Source of the DNA: Paragordius varius
Taxonomy: Eukaryota > Animalia > Nematomorpha
NCBI GenBank assembly: GCA_964247055.1
Contig: OZ176054.1
Span: 7,502,001-7,566,000, forward strand
Direction: 5' to 3'
DNA: 64,000 bases
This document shows, piece after piece, positions 14,067-27,989 of this stretch. Numbering within the stretch: the first letter of the stretch is position 1; every line of letters begins with the position of its first letter. The position numbers and the translations under genes are program-made. Under the pieces are notes generated by a model. The model did no database searches, had not been told where the DNA came from, and saw only the letters and a list, made by a program, of their open reading frames with translations.

Positions 14067-15309
14067 ATCAATTAATAAGCTCATAATAGAACTCTATGGA
14101 GAAATTATTTACAAGATACGATACTTTTGGGGCAACCTCTTCAATAAACACTTTATGTTTTAAATATTGATAAAGTTATGGATAAATTATATATTCGTCA
14201 ATTAGTTTTGGTAATCAAGGTGGATCGAAGGTATTTAATTAATTCTTACGACGTAAAGCATATACCAATTTCTCTGCACTTTACCATATCATAATGTGAC
14301 CAGATATTTTGACTGTGACCCAGTACAAAATTAAAACATACTTGGTCTGTTTTTACATCGGTGTGGTATATTACACAATTTCCACAAAAAAATATCCAGA
14401 TGAAATATATTTATCCTGATAGGTAAATATCAGGATTATCATGGTGCCTTTTGTTCAAATTTTTAGATGTAGGCCCTAAAAGTCCTAAATTTTTTGGCTC
14501 TTTTAAAATACGCAAAAATTCCGACATTGTGCAATAATTTAAAATATATGCTATATTGTGATATCGACTAAATATATTTTTAAAAAAATGCATACTATCG
14601 AAATTCAATTTTTAGCAAAATTTTGTAAAGCGTTATTTGAAAAAAGGGATAATAAAATGATCCACATATGAGGATTATTTCGAAGCATTTAATAGCTATG
14701 ATCTCATAGGAATTTTATAAACGGTGCATTGATACTAATTTATTGTTTACTTGGGGGAAAAATAGATTTAAAAAATTATTTTTACTTTGTTTTTTTTGAA
14801 AAAATGGCAATTTACGGAAAAGCGGTAAAAAGAGGGCCTAAATTAAAAAGGCGGGCCGGCTATGTTCGGCGCAATCGAAAATAACTAAACAAAAATTATA
14901 TTTAAAATTGAATGGTTTAACAGGTTCTCCGGAAAAGTGTCTCAAAGACACTATTTTTGTGGACTTCTGTCTTCAAAAAACCCCGTTTTTTTACACGGGG
15001 TGGGCTACTGGGGGCCTAATTCAAAAAAAGGGCAAAGCTATTGTCGGGGCATTCATAATGATTATATTTTTTATTTGGATTTAAATGGGTCTACCGGTTT
15101 TCTGGAAACAGATCACAAAGCCAGCATTTTCCATTTTTATAAATATATAGATTCGATAATTGTAAACAATTTTCTCACTCAGAATTATTGTGTTTTACAA
15201 AAATTCACCAAAATTTGAAAGCAAACAAACCTTTAAATTAAAATTTTCAACCAATATTAATGTTCAACATCATCGAATTATTTAGAAAAACGGTTTTATT
15301 ATATCTTAA

Positions 15310-15884
15310 CACTTCGATTCAAATTGGGGTATACCCCAGACAAAATTTAAATTAAAATTTTCAAAAAACTACTGAAGGAAACGGTCGCGATTTAAATTAA
15401 TGCTTCTATCCTGATAAATATTATATAAATATGTCAAAATATCATGATGAAATTTTGTTTTGAAAAAAAAGTTCCATCTCAAACTACTTCGACGCCATTT
15501 TTATTTTACAAAATTTTTGCAAAATATCGTCTTCATTTAATTTTAAGGGTAAAACTAAAGCTAATTTTTTATATAAATTATATCTAACGTTGATCGAAAT
15601 AGAAAAAGCGGTTTATTTTGTATTATTTTTTAATTTTAAAACTGACACATGTCACGTTGACGAAATTTTTACCTTTCGGTTTTAGCTCAAAATAAGTAAT
15701 ATCAAGTAATTTTGAATAAAGTTTTTTATATATTTCGGTTTTTTAATGTTATATAAGTGCAAAATTTTGCCATGGTTTTGATTCCTTCCATACTTTTTAA
15801 GGTATTTGATTTTAAACAGGCCTGGGGTATCCAACTACCCCAATTTGAATCAAAGGACAAAAATGAGTGTGTTGTATCCAAGTG
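15310..15884. mobile_element. piggyBac-like non-autonomous element
   Basis: TTAA-CACTTCGA...TCCAAGTG-TTAA, i.e. a TTAA target duplication. Internal sequence is clearly homologous to 43637-44179. Confidence 0.75.
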
Positions 15885-16119
15885 TTAAAGCGTTATACCG
15901 TTTCCATTATGCTATAAAATAGTTTACAGTATGCTTTAAAATAATATTTCAAATTTTTTTATTCAAAAAAATTAGAAAACTAATAAAAATCAAAGTTTAG
16001 AAAAAAAAATCAAGAAATATCATATCTCCTATCTAATGAGTATATAAAAAACTATTAACATGTATAATAAATTTAAAATTATATGTTATGGGGATATAAT
16101 TTTCTATATAATTTACCGT

Positions 16120-16400
16120 TCGATAATTATAACAAATGAACTTTCTAAACTTAATCAAACATTTATTAAAATATCATAAATATATTTGTTTAAATTTTGA
16201 GGCCACTTTTTGCGGAAGTCCTGAATGAAAGAGCCAATAGCCTGAATCTTACAGTGGAGTCGGAGAAAAGTTTCGCCACTGCGCGAAAGGGTGCAATCCT
16301 AAGCGGTTCGACCGATCCAAAACCCAATTTTATGTATAAGCAAAAAATAAAATATTAACCAATTAAAAAAGGCCAATCTTAGTTTTTTACCGCAAAATAA
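16120..16400. repeat. Dispersed repeat; inverted partner at about 21620-21840
   Basis: TGAAAGAGCCAATAGCCTGAATCTT...CACTGCGC...AAAATATTAACCAAT...GCCAATCTTAGTTTTTTACC matches the reverse complement of 21620-21790, with indels. Confidence 0.75.
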
Positions 16401-16680
16401 ACTATTTTTAAACAAATGATGGGGTTATTTTTACAGAGGTTACTACATTTAATTCTAAAATATTTTTTAATAAAAAAAGGTAATTAATTAAAAAAAATTA
16501 AATATTTTTAAATTTCAAAAAGCAGTAGAAAAGTGAGCGCAGTACAATCGCGGTATTTTTCTGAAACTGTACTGCGAAAAACACCCTATCTGGTCACATT
16601 AACATATCACAAACATTGCAGTTTGTATTATTGCGCATATCAATAATTTATATATCAAATAATTGAACAAACCATCATAT

Positions 16681-16778
16681 TACGACCATATCACGTTGAA
16701 AGCACCGGTTCCCTTCCGAACACCGAAGTTAAGCAACGTTGAGCCCGGTTAGTACTTGGATGGGTGACCGCCTGGGAG
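16681..16778 (+). rRNA. 5S rRNA copy truncated at both ends (about nt 4-100 of 120); probable pseudogene or SINE3-like head
   Basis: TACGACCATATCACGTTGAAAGCACCGG...CCGAAGTTAAGCAACG...GGTTAGTACTTGGATGGGTGACCGCCTGGGA is the recognisable metazoan 5S sequence. The last ~20 nt are missing and TTTTTT follows. Confidence 0.9.
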
Positions 16779-17757
16779 TTTTTTAAATTTTATCAGTCAA
16801 ATTATTATTTTAATAAATATAAGAAACTGCAAACATGTGCCGAATAATTTAAAAAAACGGTTATAAATCGATGATTTAGGTTCCACTTAGTTTTAGTCGA
16901 ATGGAGTTATTTTCTATAATTTTGCTGGCTTAATTATTTGGATACTGTGCAGAATTAAAATTTAAACATAAAACGGCTAGATTTTGTAAACCACTTTTCT
17001 TAAAAACAAAATTAAAATATAAATGTAATTTTAAGAAAGGGTCAACGTTGTGTCAATTGAAAAAAAACACTAATATTATTTTTTGGAACCGGAATTCGGT
17101 TAAAAAAACATTCTGTATTTAGATACTTTGGTCCCAAAACTAGCTATCGGTTAGGTTTAACTGAAACGGTAGCTCCGATTCCTTATGCATGACGTAACCA
17201 TTTTCAAAAAAACATTTTGATTATATATGTTTATTCATATGATATGATAAACATAATGATAGAAATAAAATTTATTTCACTAATTTATATCTTCTCAATT
17301 ATTATTTAAGTCACTAAAATGTCTAAAATTGTCACATAGTTTCATATAGTTCAAGTTATGATTCGCTCTCTGGTATGGTAGAATGATAATTTCACTATAA
17401 ATGTCTTTTTATTTAAATATCCTTGTTGATAAACTGAATTATATAAGTGAATGTCTCAAGTTATAATCAATCAATATTTAGCAAACTTGATTTTTTTATA
17501 ATTATAAGTTTTATTACTTCTCTATATTACCTTAAAATAATGGTGGCTCCAGTAAAAAGTTTTAGTTATAATTTAATCCGATAATTATTACATTATTGTT
17601 TTTACTTATATGTTGATTATTGATTAGAAAATATTTAAATTACAGCTATATATATATATATATATAGATATTGGCGTCTTGGCGGCGCCTTGTATAAAAT
17701 ACGATACAAATACTGAGAGATCAGATTTATAAATTAATTTACTTTATTAATTGTATA

Positions 17758-17871
17758 CAGTAGCGTATAGTAGCAAACAACAAATGGTTGAATTTAACAA
17801 TTCTATCCCTATGTTTTAACATTGATTTTGTTTTTTATGGACAAACTTATTTTGAATGCCATACGCTACCG
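17758..17871. mobile_element. Diverged copy of the TA-CAGTAG MITE family
   Basis: TACAGTAGCGTATA...TTTTATGGAC...GCCATACGCTACCG matches the 11695-11858 ends. Confidence 0.6.
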
Positions 17872-19576
17872 CATATGTATGTAATCAGGTAAAAAAGTGT
17901 CACACAAAATAATTTGTTAACAAGTTAGTGGTGACAGATGGTCATTTACTGATTAAATATTAAACTTTAGAAATTTATTTTGTTATAATATTGCTTATTA
18001 AATAAAATTCAAATATTATATATATACATACATACATACATATATAGCATTAATTTTAAAATAACCACATATTTTAAAATTTTAATAAAAAAGTTTAGAA
18101 AATTGGTAAATTACACACACACTTCACAAGAGTGTGTGAATTTTTATTAAAATCCTCCCATCACATACATGCGAAAAAATACGATATCTTCTATCTTTAT
18201 TTAATAACCACACACCTGAGTATCTTTTTTCTTTGTGTACAGGTGTTAGAAATTTTAACAAAACTATACTAAAGTTCAAATAGGATGAACAAAACTATAA
18301 AAATTTCACGGAACCAATATTGATGGGTAATAAAAATTTTAGAGGCCCCTATTTAAATTGTATGTTTATCAAGCCAAAAAATATTGTCTATAAAAGATGA
18401 GCATCTGTTAAAAATGCAAATTTTGGTCAGATTTCATGTAATTCATCAATCAATGTCAAAACATATCTAAAAGTTTTTGATATTTGAAAAGCACGAAAAC
18501 CAGGGATTTTGTATTTTATATTTTATGAGTATATTTTCGAATTATTTATGGGTGGAAGTTTAACCCAACGAGTATCAATTTATTTTTTTATGAAAAAGAT
18601 TTATAGATTAATTCCCAAAATTATTTTTCTAGCTGTATTAAAGAAGGTTATCTATTTTCTCAAAAGATATCATAATTGGGTGCTGGTAAAATGTTATATC
18701 CCACGATATAATTAAGTTTTATTAGGATAATTATGAATAACTTTTTTTCATTAAGCAAATTTAATTATATGCTCTAATATATGTTTTAGGGGCATAGTTG
18801 TAAAACTTTTTACCTTTATACCTTTCACATATAATTATTGTGTTGGTGTTGGCTAATGCCATTCCATTTCCTACTCTCATTATCATTTTTTTGAATATAA
18901 TACTTTTAATATTTTATCACTGAAGAAACAAAGAAAAATTTAACCCCCTATGCATTTAGAGATGATATTTAGGGAAAATTCTTAGATATTTTCCCATACT
19001 CTAATGTGCAATCTGCCATTATCATTGTTTATGCGAATACAGTTTAAAAATTCTCACATCAAGTTATCATTGTTTTAATTTTTTGGAATGTAATAATACA
19101 ATCTGTTATCATACAGACAACAAACACCTGGCTGGTTTTTAACATTAATATTTTTATTCATTATCATTATTATACCTAATAAATATAAATGCACTTACTA
19201 TATTGTATAGGCACGTTTTTTTATCCTTAGGTATAATAGTAATGTTATGGTGAAGTGAAGTAGTCTTCACGAACGAAAAAAAAACTTTTTTTAACAATAG
19301 AAATTTTATGTATATAATTTGAAGGTAAATATTTGGTTACCCTTCTTCTTATTTTGTAGAATAAAAAAAGGTAAATGGTTGATGAGAGTGGGTCTCACAA
19401 CAAAAGTTTTGTAACATAGGTAGGTATGTATTGTCTTTCTACACAGCAATGTATAATAACATTAGCAATACCTTGAAAAGTTGTGTTGTTAAAAAGGTAT
19501 AAAAGCGTGAAGTTTTTTACATCCTTATTCAGTACCTTTTTTCTGACTTAACAATTTACTTAAATTATTTTTTGCT

Positions 19577-20987
19577 ATGAATTACCTAAATACTATTGCA
19601 TTCACAATCGCTATTTCTTTCTATTTTATCACTAATGTAACGGTGAAAGGAGCGTCTATTAATTTGGACACAATGACACTTGGGAATAAAGAAAATTCCA
19701 TTTTGATTGCCGAATCTAACAATTGTGATATTCATGATTCCGATTTTAACAGCGATTCCAACCTTTTTTCAAGGTAATAAAATTTAAAGGGTTTTTTATT
19801 GATAACAAATTTTTTTGACTTTTTTTCTTAATTTTTTTTACCAATGTTTGATAAATTTTTATTTTCTTATAGAATAATGGATTATCTACCTAAAGCTATG
19901 ATCAAAGAATCAAATGTCATGCCCAACACCAATGAACATATCATCAAAGTTTTAACCATTCCGTGTAAAAGTGGTACTTTCACCTGGGGCCATCATGGGA
20001 AAAGGCCTACAACAAATGCCGGACAACCTCATGGATATAAACTTAAATTTATCTTTCCAACACATAAAATGGGAGCAAACTATAGAATATGCGTTCAAAG
20101 ACAAGATGAATCATTCGATTTGCCAATGGCGTATTCAACTAAATATTCTATTTTTACCCTACTCAATACGGATAAAAATTTGTTTACAAACACTCAAAAA
20201 GTCAATAACCACAGGGGAAATCATAATTGGGATGGAATGAAGCTAAAATATTTGTTAACATCATCGCACCACCAAAAAAGATCTATTGGTGCAAAATTAT
20301 CTGGTAAACCTCAACCACAATGTATTGATATGCGTACAAGTACTGATGATTTAGCAATCTTTGTCGATAATTTGGGTTCAACTTATGGAAGTAGCTTGGA
20401 TTACCTTGAATCTTTGGTAGAAGCATCTAACCAAAAAATGATTCCAAATAAATTTGCATTCCACATCACTGAAATTGATGAAGAAGTGGACGCCGATCAT
20501 GGTAAGATTTTGCTTTTCTAACTTATTAACACATTGAACTTAATAATTTAAAGGAAGCATATGAAATAAATACTTTTTTATTTCCATTCTAGAATGTGGA
20601 AAATGTAACCAGGAACAAATGCTTATGGCCTATTGCACGAGTCATGTTTTACAAGGACGCATTGATGGTTTTACCATAGATCCAACTGATGCAACACTAA
20701 CCTATGATATCTTGGTTGATTCAACCATTAGAAATGTTAAAATGGTAACAAATATGAAAAACAAAAAACCTCACACCACTACCACTCCCCATCTTATGTT
20801 GAATCAAGATCGTATTAATGGCTGTAAACCGTATAATTTGATGGAGTCATTTCTGTTTTTGGCTGATACACGCTTCTCTACTTCCAACCCTTACATCACA
20901 TGCGCTACGCCTATGAGGGAATGGAATCGGTTTTTAGCCCAAAATAGAGAAGCTCTGAAAAATTTTCCTTGTTTTGCAAACAAGTGA
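19577..20987 (+). CDS. METRN: Secreted meteorin-family (METRN/METRNL-like) protein, 406 aa, CUB-like plus NTR domains
   Basis: Exons 19577-19773, 19873-20501 and 20593-20987 total 1221 nt in frame. There is a hydrophobic N-terminal signal peptide and ten Cys in meteorin-like spacing: PCKSGTFTW, ICVQ, QCID, CGKCNQEQMLMAYCTSHVLQGRI (compare CRPCSDTEVLLAVCTSDFAVRGSI), FLFLADTRF...CATPMREW...FPC. METRN versus METRNL cannot be resolved by eye. Confidence 0.8.
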
Positions 20988-22219
20988 TTGATTTAAACCG
21001 TCGAACGATTGTGTGAGTAAATGTAATGGATGGGACAGTTCATCTACAAGTCACAGGATATAGCAGAACAATCTTGAAACAATATCTGTTTTAAAGCATT
21101 TGACACATAAAGCGATGACAAATAAATTAGATGGCTGTTGTTAATGTAGATATATAAATATATGAAAATAAATTTATTAATATAATATTTATATCGTTCC
21201 ATTCTTTTGCATAGTTTAGCACCATATGTGTTTAAAATTACCCTAGGGCAAATTTTTTTTGCCAAATAGCATTCATTTGTCATTTTGAAAATTTACTTAC
21301 GAGGTAAATATTTAGACGAGTGTCTTTCATATCTTAACTGAATTTTGGAGTTATTTCACCTCTAAATTTAATCTTAATTGGTTTTGAACTGTCAAGTCGC
21401 ATCTCCTTATCTCATTTATTTGATTAAATAGATTGAGCTCTGGTGTAGACGAATGTTACCGGATAGGCTGTTTTTCGATGTAGAGTACTGGGTTTTCGGA
21501 AAAAAACGCTGACTTTTGTACTGCTTTTTAAATCAATTTATTATAAATTAATTTTTATTTATACAAATTTTTTTGCATAATTTGATATAGAGTACTCTTT
21601 GCGGAAACCCCGATTCACAATACAGTTGGGGTAAAAAACTAAGATTGGCATTTTTTTGATTGGTTAATATTTTATTTTCTGCTGGATTTATCCATAGAAT
21701 TTCCTTTGCGCAGTGACAAAATTTTACCACAAGATTTAGGCTATTGGCTCTTTCAGTCAAGGCCTCTAAATTTAAAACTAACACAAAATAAATTTATGTT
21801 TTAAAAATCTGATCGAGTTTCGTAAGTTCGATTATTGTTTCATTCAAGCCGTTTAATTTAAGTTATTCTTTAAATTTGGTTGAATCATAATTATCAAACG
21901 GAAAATTATACATAAAATTGTTATTTCCTTAACATATTTTAAAATTCATTATATATCACTGCGTCCATAATCGGGGGTATAAAAAATATGATGAAATAAA
22001 TATACTTTACAACAATGTATCAGGATCATTATAGTATTTGATTTTGTCGAGTGAACTAAGAAATTATTTGGACTATTGTGATATCTCCATATCAGAAAAT
22101 GGGAAACGCACATTTTGTTAAATAAAATTTTTTGGCCAAAGCTAAATTCTTCATTCTAAAAAATGTTACTAAAATAAATCATAAACTACATAATAAAGAA
22201 AAACAATATTTTTATAAAA

Positions 22220-23100
22220 TTTTATTTTTCGATGTGGGCTCCGGAAGTCCCAAATTTTTGCTCTTTTAAAATTAGCTTGTCCTCTCATAATAAACGCAAA
22301 AATGCAGAGATTGCCGATAATTTTGAATATATGCTAAATTTCGACATAAATTTTTTTTCAAAAAAAAGTTATTTTGCTTAATAATTAATTTATACCAAAA
22401 CTTTGTTGAAGCGTTCTTCATACTATTTTAAGGCATGATGATATCGGTATCAAAACGCTTTATTATATTATAAAATCACTTTTCTATTAATTCGATTATG
22501 CATCACCTCAGAATTTTGATTCAAAGGTTATTAGCTTTGAAATTTAGGTAATTTTTTAAAATAATTAATATTTACATATTATAAACAAACGAATATACTA
22601 AAAATTTTGAGATGAGAGAAATGTTCAGCATCGAATTCTATGGAAAAAGTCTTTTTATAATATTTTAAACCTTTTATTGTTTCCATCATGCTTCAAAACA
22701 GGGTGAAAACACCAAAATTTTGCTATAAATTAAATTTTTAGATAAAATATCAATCGGAAAAAACTTTTTTTAATGTCAAAATTTAGCATATATTCAAAAT
22801 TATCAAGCGATTTCGGCATTTTTGCGTTTATTTTAAATGAATTAGACTAGGGGTGTCCAATATAAATATCTTCGCGGATGCTTGATTTTTGGTTTTTTAT
22901 TTAATTTGAGCCCAATTATGGATAATATATCTTCTAAATAATCATAAATTTGATTGAAATCCAATTTATTTTTTTCACATTTTTAAGAGAATTTTTGAGG
23001 ACCGAAAAAATCATGTTAAACATGCCTGAAACCATTTTATGGTAAACAAAAATTAGGACTTTCGAAGCCCACATTCAAAAACGAAATGTGCGCAATTTCG
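22220..23100. mobile_element. Long-inverted-repeat (foldback-like) element of dispersed family A, with a hAT-type insert in the right arm
   Basis: The left arm GGGCTCCGGAAGTCCCAAATTTTTG...ATAAACGCAAAAATGC...TTGAATATATGCTAAATTT is inverted at 22770-22840 and 23040-23090. The right arm is interrupted by TAGGGGTGTCCAA... (22848 to about 23028). Family-A pieces also occur near 4950, 11300-11400, 14460-14620, 55620-55730 and 57930-57970. Confidence 0.6.
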
Positions 23101-26100
23101 CCATTTGATACGGAGCAGTTACAGCAAAGTTTAATAACTTTCTTAAAATACTCGTAATTTTTATATCCATTCTTTTCATTTTAATTTTCTTTTTCGTGTC
23201 TTTGTGTATTAAAAAATTAACATACTATGAAACTTTATAATAAATTTAATTCTCATAGAGAATAATTTTTTTAATACGTCCGTTTCATAATATCTGATTG
23301 TATTAGTGTAGACATGACTTTGTCTATTATATAAAAATGAAATATAAGTGGGAGCCTTTTGTCAATGTTATATTATTATACTCATATTTTATTTAATTCA
23401 TGGTGTGTCGAAATTCGGAATCCATTCCTTAATTTTTAGAGAATTATTTTAAGCGTAAATAGCAGACTTTCGAAATCCACAAAGATTGGGCATCAAACAA
23501 CATATACTTGAATGCAAAAATTAAAATGCGCCAACTGATTCTCGTTTGGCTTATTTAAATCAATCTATGATACTTATCATCATAAACTTTAAAAATTAGG
23601 AACATGAAATATTAACTCAATGTTACTCATTTTTAAAAATTAAAAACGTTTTTTTCTGTAAATTTGATATCTTAAATATCACAAAAGCCTAGCTCAAAAT
23701 TCGTGATGTCGCTTACATTAAATTCACCTTTGCATACAACCATCAAATAAAAGGCGTGATTGTATAGTTGGCAGGGCGACGGACTCTCACACTGCGTGCT
23801 TGAGTACGAACCCCGAAACTACGCATTTTTTCGATTATCACAGTCAGCCCTGAGCAGGCGAATGTTAAAGCCACAAGTCCAAATACAATTTAAATCCTTA
23901 TCTTTTAAAATAAAAAAAAGAGGCTCTAAATTGTATTTTTTTTATAATACAACCATCAAATGTGGACTGCGTTTTTAATAGACTCGTCAAATATTGCCAT
24001 ACATGCACACTGGTACATACCTTCTATTAAAACTAAAATTAAATATAGTAAGGTAAATTTATTGTGGTTTATAAATATGAAACAATATTAAAGCTCTCCG
24101 TATTTTACGCCATGATGCCACTAGGTAAGAAACCTAGTAAAAACTAAGTTTTTATACATAATAAAATATATACTTAATTAAATTATGTATATAGAAAAGT
24201 CTAACACATTTGGACTTAAATTGTAAAGCAAAGCTTTTGCGATAATTCTAACATGTTTTATTTTAGTAAAAGACGCTATTGCCTTTGCGTTTCAGAAATT
24301 AAAACAAAAGGATTAAAATGTAAAATTTTATAACTAACTATTACACAAAGTGATCAAAGTATGTGCAAAAATAGTTAAAAAGCAATAAATAGAGACTCTA
24401 AATATCAACTATTCTTCTGGCTACTTATTTTAATCTTTTTTAGCAGTGTTAAGATAAATTGTTAAAAATGGTAATATTACTACTCTCAATTGAATATTTT
24501 CATTTAGTCCGTTAGTTGGGGATCGCAGGCCTGTTTGAAAATCTTTGCTAGAATTACCATCTAAGGGTTTAAATTTGATTTTTAGCCATAGAATAGAGTA
24601 TAGACAGAGTCTTTAATAAATTTTTTGGCGCGAAATTGATATGGAACTGAAAAAACGTTGGCTTGAATAAAAACTTTGGGTTAAATAAAGATACTAGGTT
24701 AAACAAAGATATACCATTTTTAATGCAAAAACAACATTTTTCAACCAAAAGCAACATTTTTTCAAGCCAACGCAAATGCTTTAATTTATATGATATTGAG
24801 AAATGCTAGATGAAGATGCATTTAAACCTTAAATAATTTATAAAAATGTTATAACTTTGCTCAAAGAGCCATTTTCAACTCAACAATTAGTGGAATTAAT
24901 TTAAAAACATTGGAATTGATCACCTAACAAATTTTGTTTAAACCACTTACGCCTCCCATTCACCCTTCAACACTTCAATCTTGAACTTTACAAATCACCC
25001 TTAAAACATAATCACTTAAAAGCATGTGTGGGTTAATTAACTTAGAAAGATACACATTTTTTTGGCATAATTTAATCATTTTTCTGTTTTATCACTATAT
25101 TTTGTAAATTTAAAAAAATAAGATTTGAATTTAACCTAAATCCACAACAATGCACACTATAAAAATTAGGGTTTATGGGCAAAATTGCTTATATTGAGAT
25201 TGTTTATTTATCTTATAATTAATTATCTATCAATTTTCATGTACTAAATTTTCTTAAAATTACTTTGAAAAACTATTAAATAAGTGTTTGGTTTAGTTTT
25301 GATGAAAAAATAAATTTACTTGATAAGGCTTTAAAAAATGACCCATTTTTAATATTTTTAAAAATTGGAAAACTTTAAAACGAATTAGAGTAAACAAAAA
25401 ATATAATATATATAAAAATTCAAATTGTAAATTTAAATATGGGATAATTTATCCTGAATCGTATAATTTAGAGAGTGAATTTGTAATGTTTAATGACATC
25501 GATATGTTCATAGGTGAATTGGGGCAAATTTGAAGTGTTTAAATGCGAATTTGTAATGTTTCAATATTAATTTATAATGTAATAATAGAAAAAGCGTTCT
25601 AAGAAATATTGAAATAGTTAGGAGGATGAATTGTGAATGGGGTTGAATAAAATATATATAAAAAAAAATTAAGGATAATATCCGGTGAAAATTATGAATT
25701 TTACGATCCCAATCATATTTTAATAATCAGTTCTTTGACCACATCTACGGGGTTTTTCATTTGCATACATGACCAAAAATGTTTCTTTTTACTTATCTAT
25801 TTTCATTTTTCAAAGAATTAAGACAAAATTCATAAAACACTCTAAACAAACTTCTATTTATGTAGGTTAGGGACTTTCCTCAAGGGTTAATTCAAAAAAG
25901 AGGTCAACCATGATCGCCACATTCCTAGAAATAACCTTACACATTTTCCTTTGCCTAAAAGATACGATTATGTGGGACATGCTTTTTTTGCAAAAAATCT
26001 CTAATTTTCTAAGGGATTGGGTGTCATTCACATGAAATAATTTATTAAATGGGTTGCCATGGTAATTTCTTGGAGCACACTTTTGTGGAGAATTTGCTTA

Positions 26101-27989
26101 GAAGCTCCAGTTTTGTATAGTATATTTTATAACATCTATATATAGGGTGTCATATTATTCATATAATATTGACTCATGAGTTTTCAAATCTCATTAGGGG
26201 CATTATTTTTGGGAGAGTGTTTCGAAAAACCTAATTAGAGTAAGGGCAAGCCCAATAAAAACTAAGGCAAACGACGATGATCTAATGCTTCACATTATGG
26301 ATATATTAGTAACTTTTTTAATAATTATTTTCAAATTTTATTTAGGCGAACACCTCTATAATTTTAATAATTTAGTTAATTTTTCACTTTTGTAGGGCAT
26401 AAAACCAAAAAGTATTTGTTGTGCTTTGTGCGATACGCAATTAATTGCATTTTTTCCACAAATTACAAATATTTTAATATTAAAGTTTCATGACAAAGAA
26501 AAATCAATAATGTTAATGATATTTGCACAAGTGTATAACGGTAATTTGAAAAACAAATTTTTAAAAAATATACCTTTCGATAGAAAAAAATCAATGTTAA
26601 ATATGCTATCAACTCAGTTATTGTGTAAACCAAATCCGTCAATATGCCTTTTGGTGAATAACATGTTTATTTATTCAACTAATATAATAATTATGGGTAT
26701 TTATTCTAACATTCAAATTTTAACCACGTAGTAGTTGATGTAATACGACCATTTGTAATGTTTTCACAATCATTAAAAGTACTCAAAACTTTTATTCAAC
26801 TATGAATACAATGGATATCTACTTAATTATTTAAACCACTTGAAAAAACCATTATTTTAATTGTTATATTATTACTTATAATCAAAATAATATATTCTTT
26901 ACATGTCTTTGATAATTCTAACGACGTTATGGAATGGTATGTGTTCTGTTTTAAAATTATATGTTACTATTTAATTTATATGTAATCTCTCCAAATTAAC
27001 CAAATTATACCTGTTAAAAATAGCGTTTTACTAGATGTTGTAAAAGCTTTTTTAACTTGCTTGACTTAAATTAAAAAATGTCGGAACAATTTCGTCAAAA
27101 TTCCTATATTATTACCATAACTATGTGGCAAACAATAAAAAATAAACCACGCTAATATTTAATTTCATAATCAGAAATTATTAGCATACTGTAAAACATT
27201 AGGTAAATGATACTCCTGTATTGATATCCTCTGAATTGAGGGTTATTCTTTGACCAAATTATACTAGATTTTCTAAATTTTACAACATTGACTTTTTATA
27301 ACATTTTCATATGTTTTATAGTAATAATGGCGCATATTTTTTAAACAAAATTATTTCGGATGCATTTCTTGGCTTTCTTCAAATGAATTAGCAATTATTT
27401 CAATTTTCATTTTGAGATCTCTATCAAGCAAAATATTTAAAAATTAGTAAAGTATACATCTATAAGGGTCATTGAAATCTTACATACTTAATTTAAATAT
27501 GCCTTGCACGAGAAATCCGATAAATCAAATATTATTGTTATCAATTAAATTGGTACATTTTTAATAAATTGACAATGATAGTATGTAGTTGTTAGGTTTT
27601 TTATGTGTTACCCACAATTAAAATCAATTTTAGACAACCTTGCTTATTTTTGGTATAGTTCATAAACTGTCAAAGTCAATATATATATATATATATATAT
27701 ATACTCGATTTTAGCCCCCTATTCGATAAGGTGTTTGATTAGATTTTTAAAACAAATAATATCATATTTTTTTATGTTTGTAATTATTTTCTAGTTGAAA
27801 AGAAACTTTTCAAACAGTTTTAGAAATTTTTTTGCATGGTCGTAAATTTTAACAAGGTGAGAATCTAGTAAGTTTTCCAACATTTGTGTAAGGTTTGCTT
27901 TCACATTTCGCTCATTTAACTTGTTGGCCAATTGGTAATACAATAATGTGTATTATAAATTAATATGTAAATAAACAAATTGTTTTAAG

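Noticed and set aside
19971-20240. Alternative-frame 89-aa ORF inside meteorin exon 2
   Set aside because: Shadow ORF with no recognisable motif or independent splice signals.
26426-26731. AT-rich ORF-track ORFs (also 1138-1335, 6998-7192, 18509-18715, 33102-33362, 33796-34062, 43651-43854, 55702-55932)
   Set aside because: Composition is rich in F, I, K, N and Y as expected from random AT-rich DNA; many lie in introns or MITEs or are antisense to real exons.
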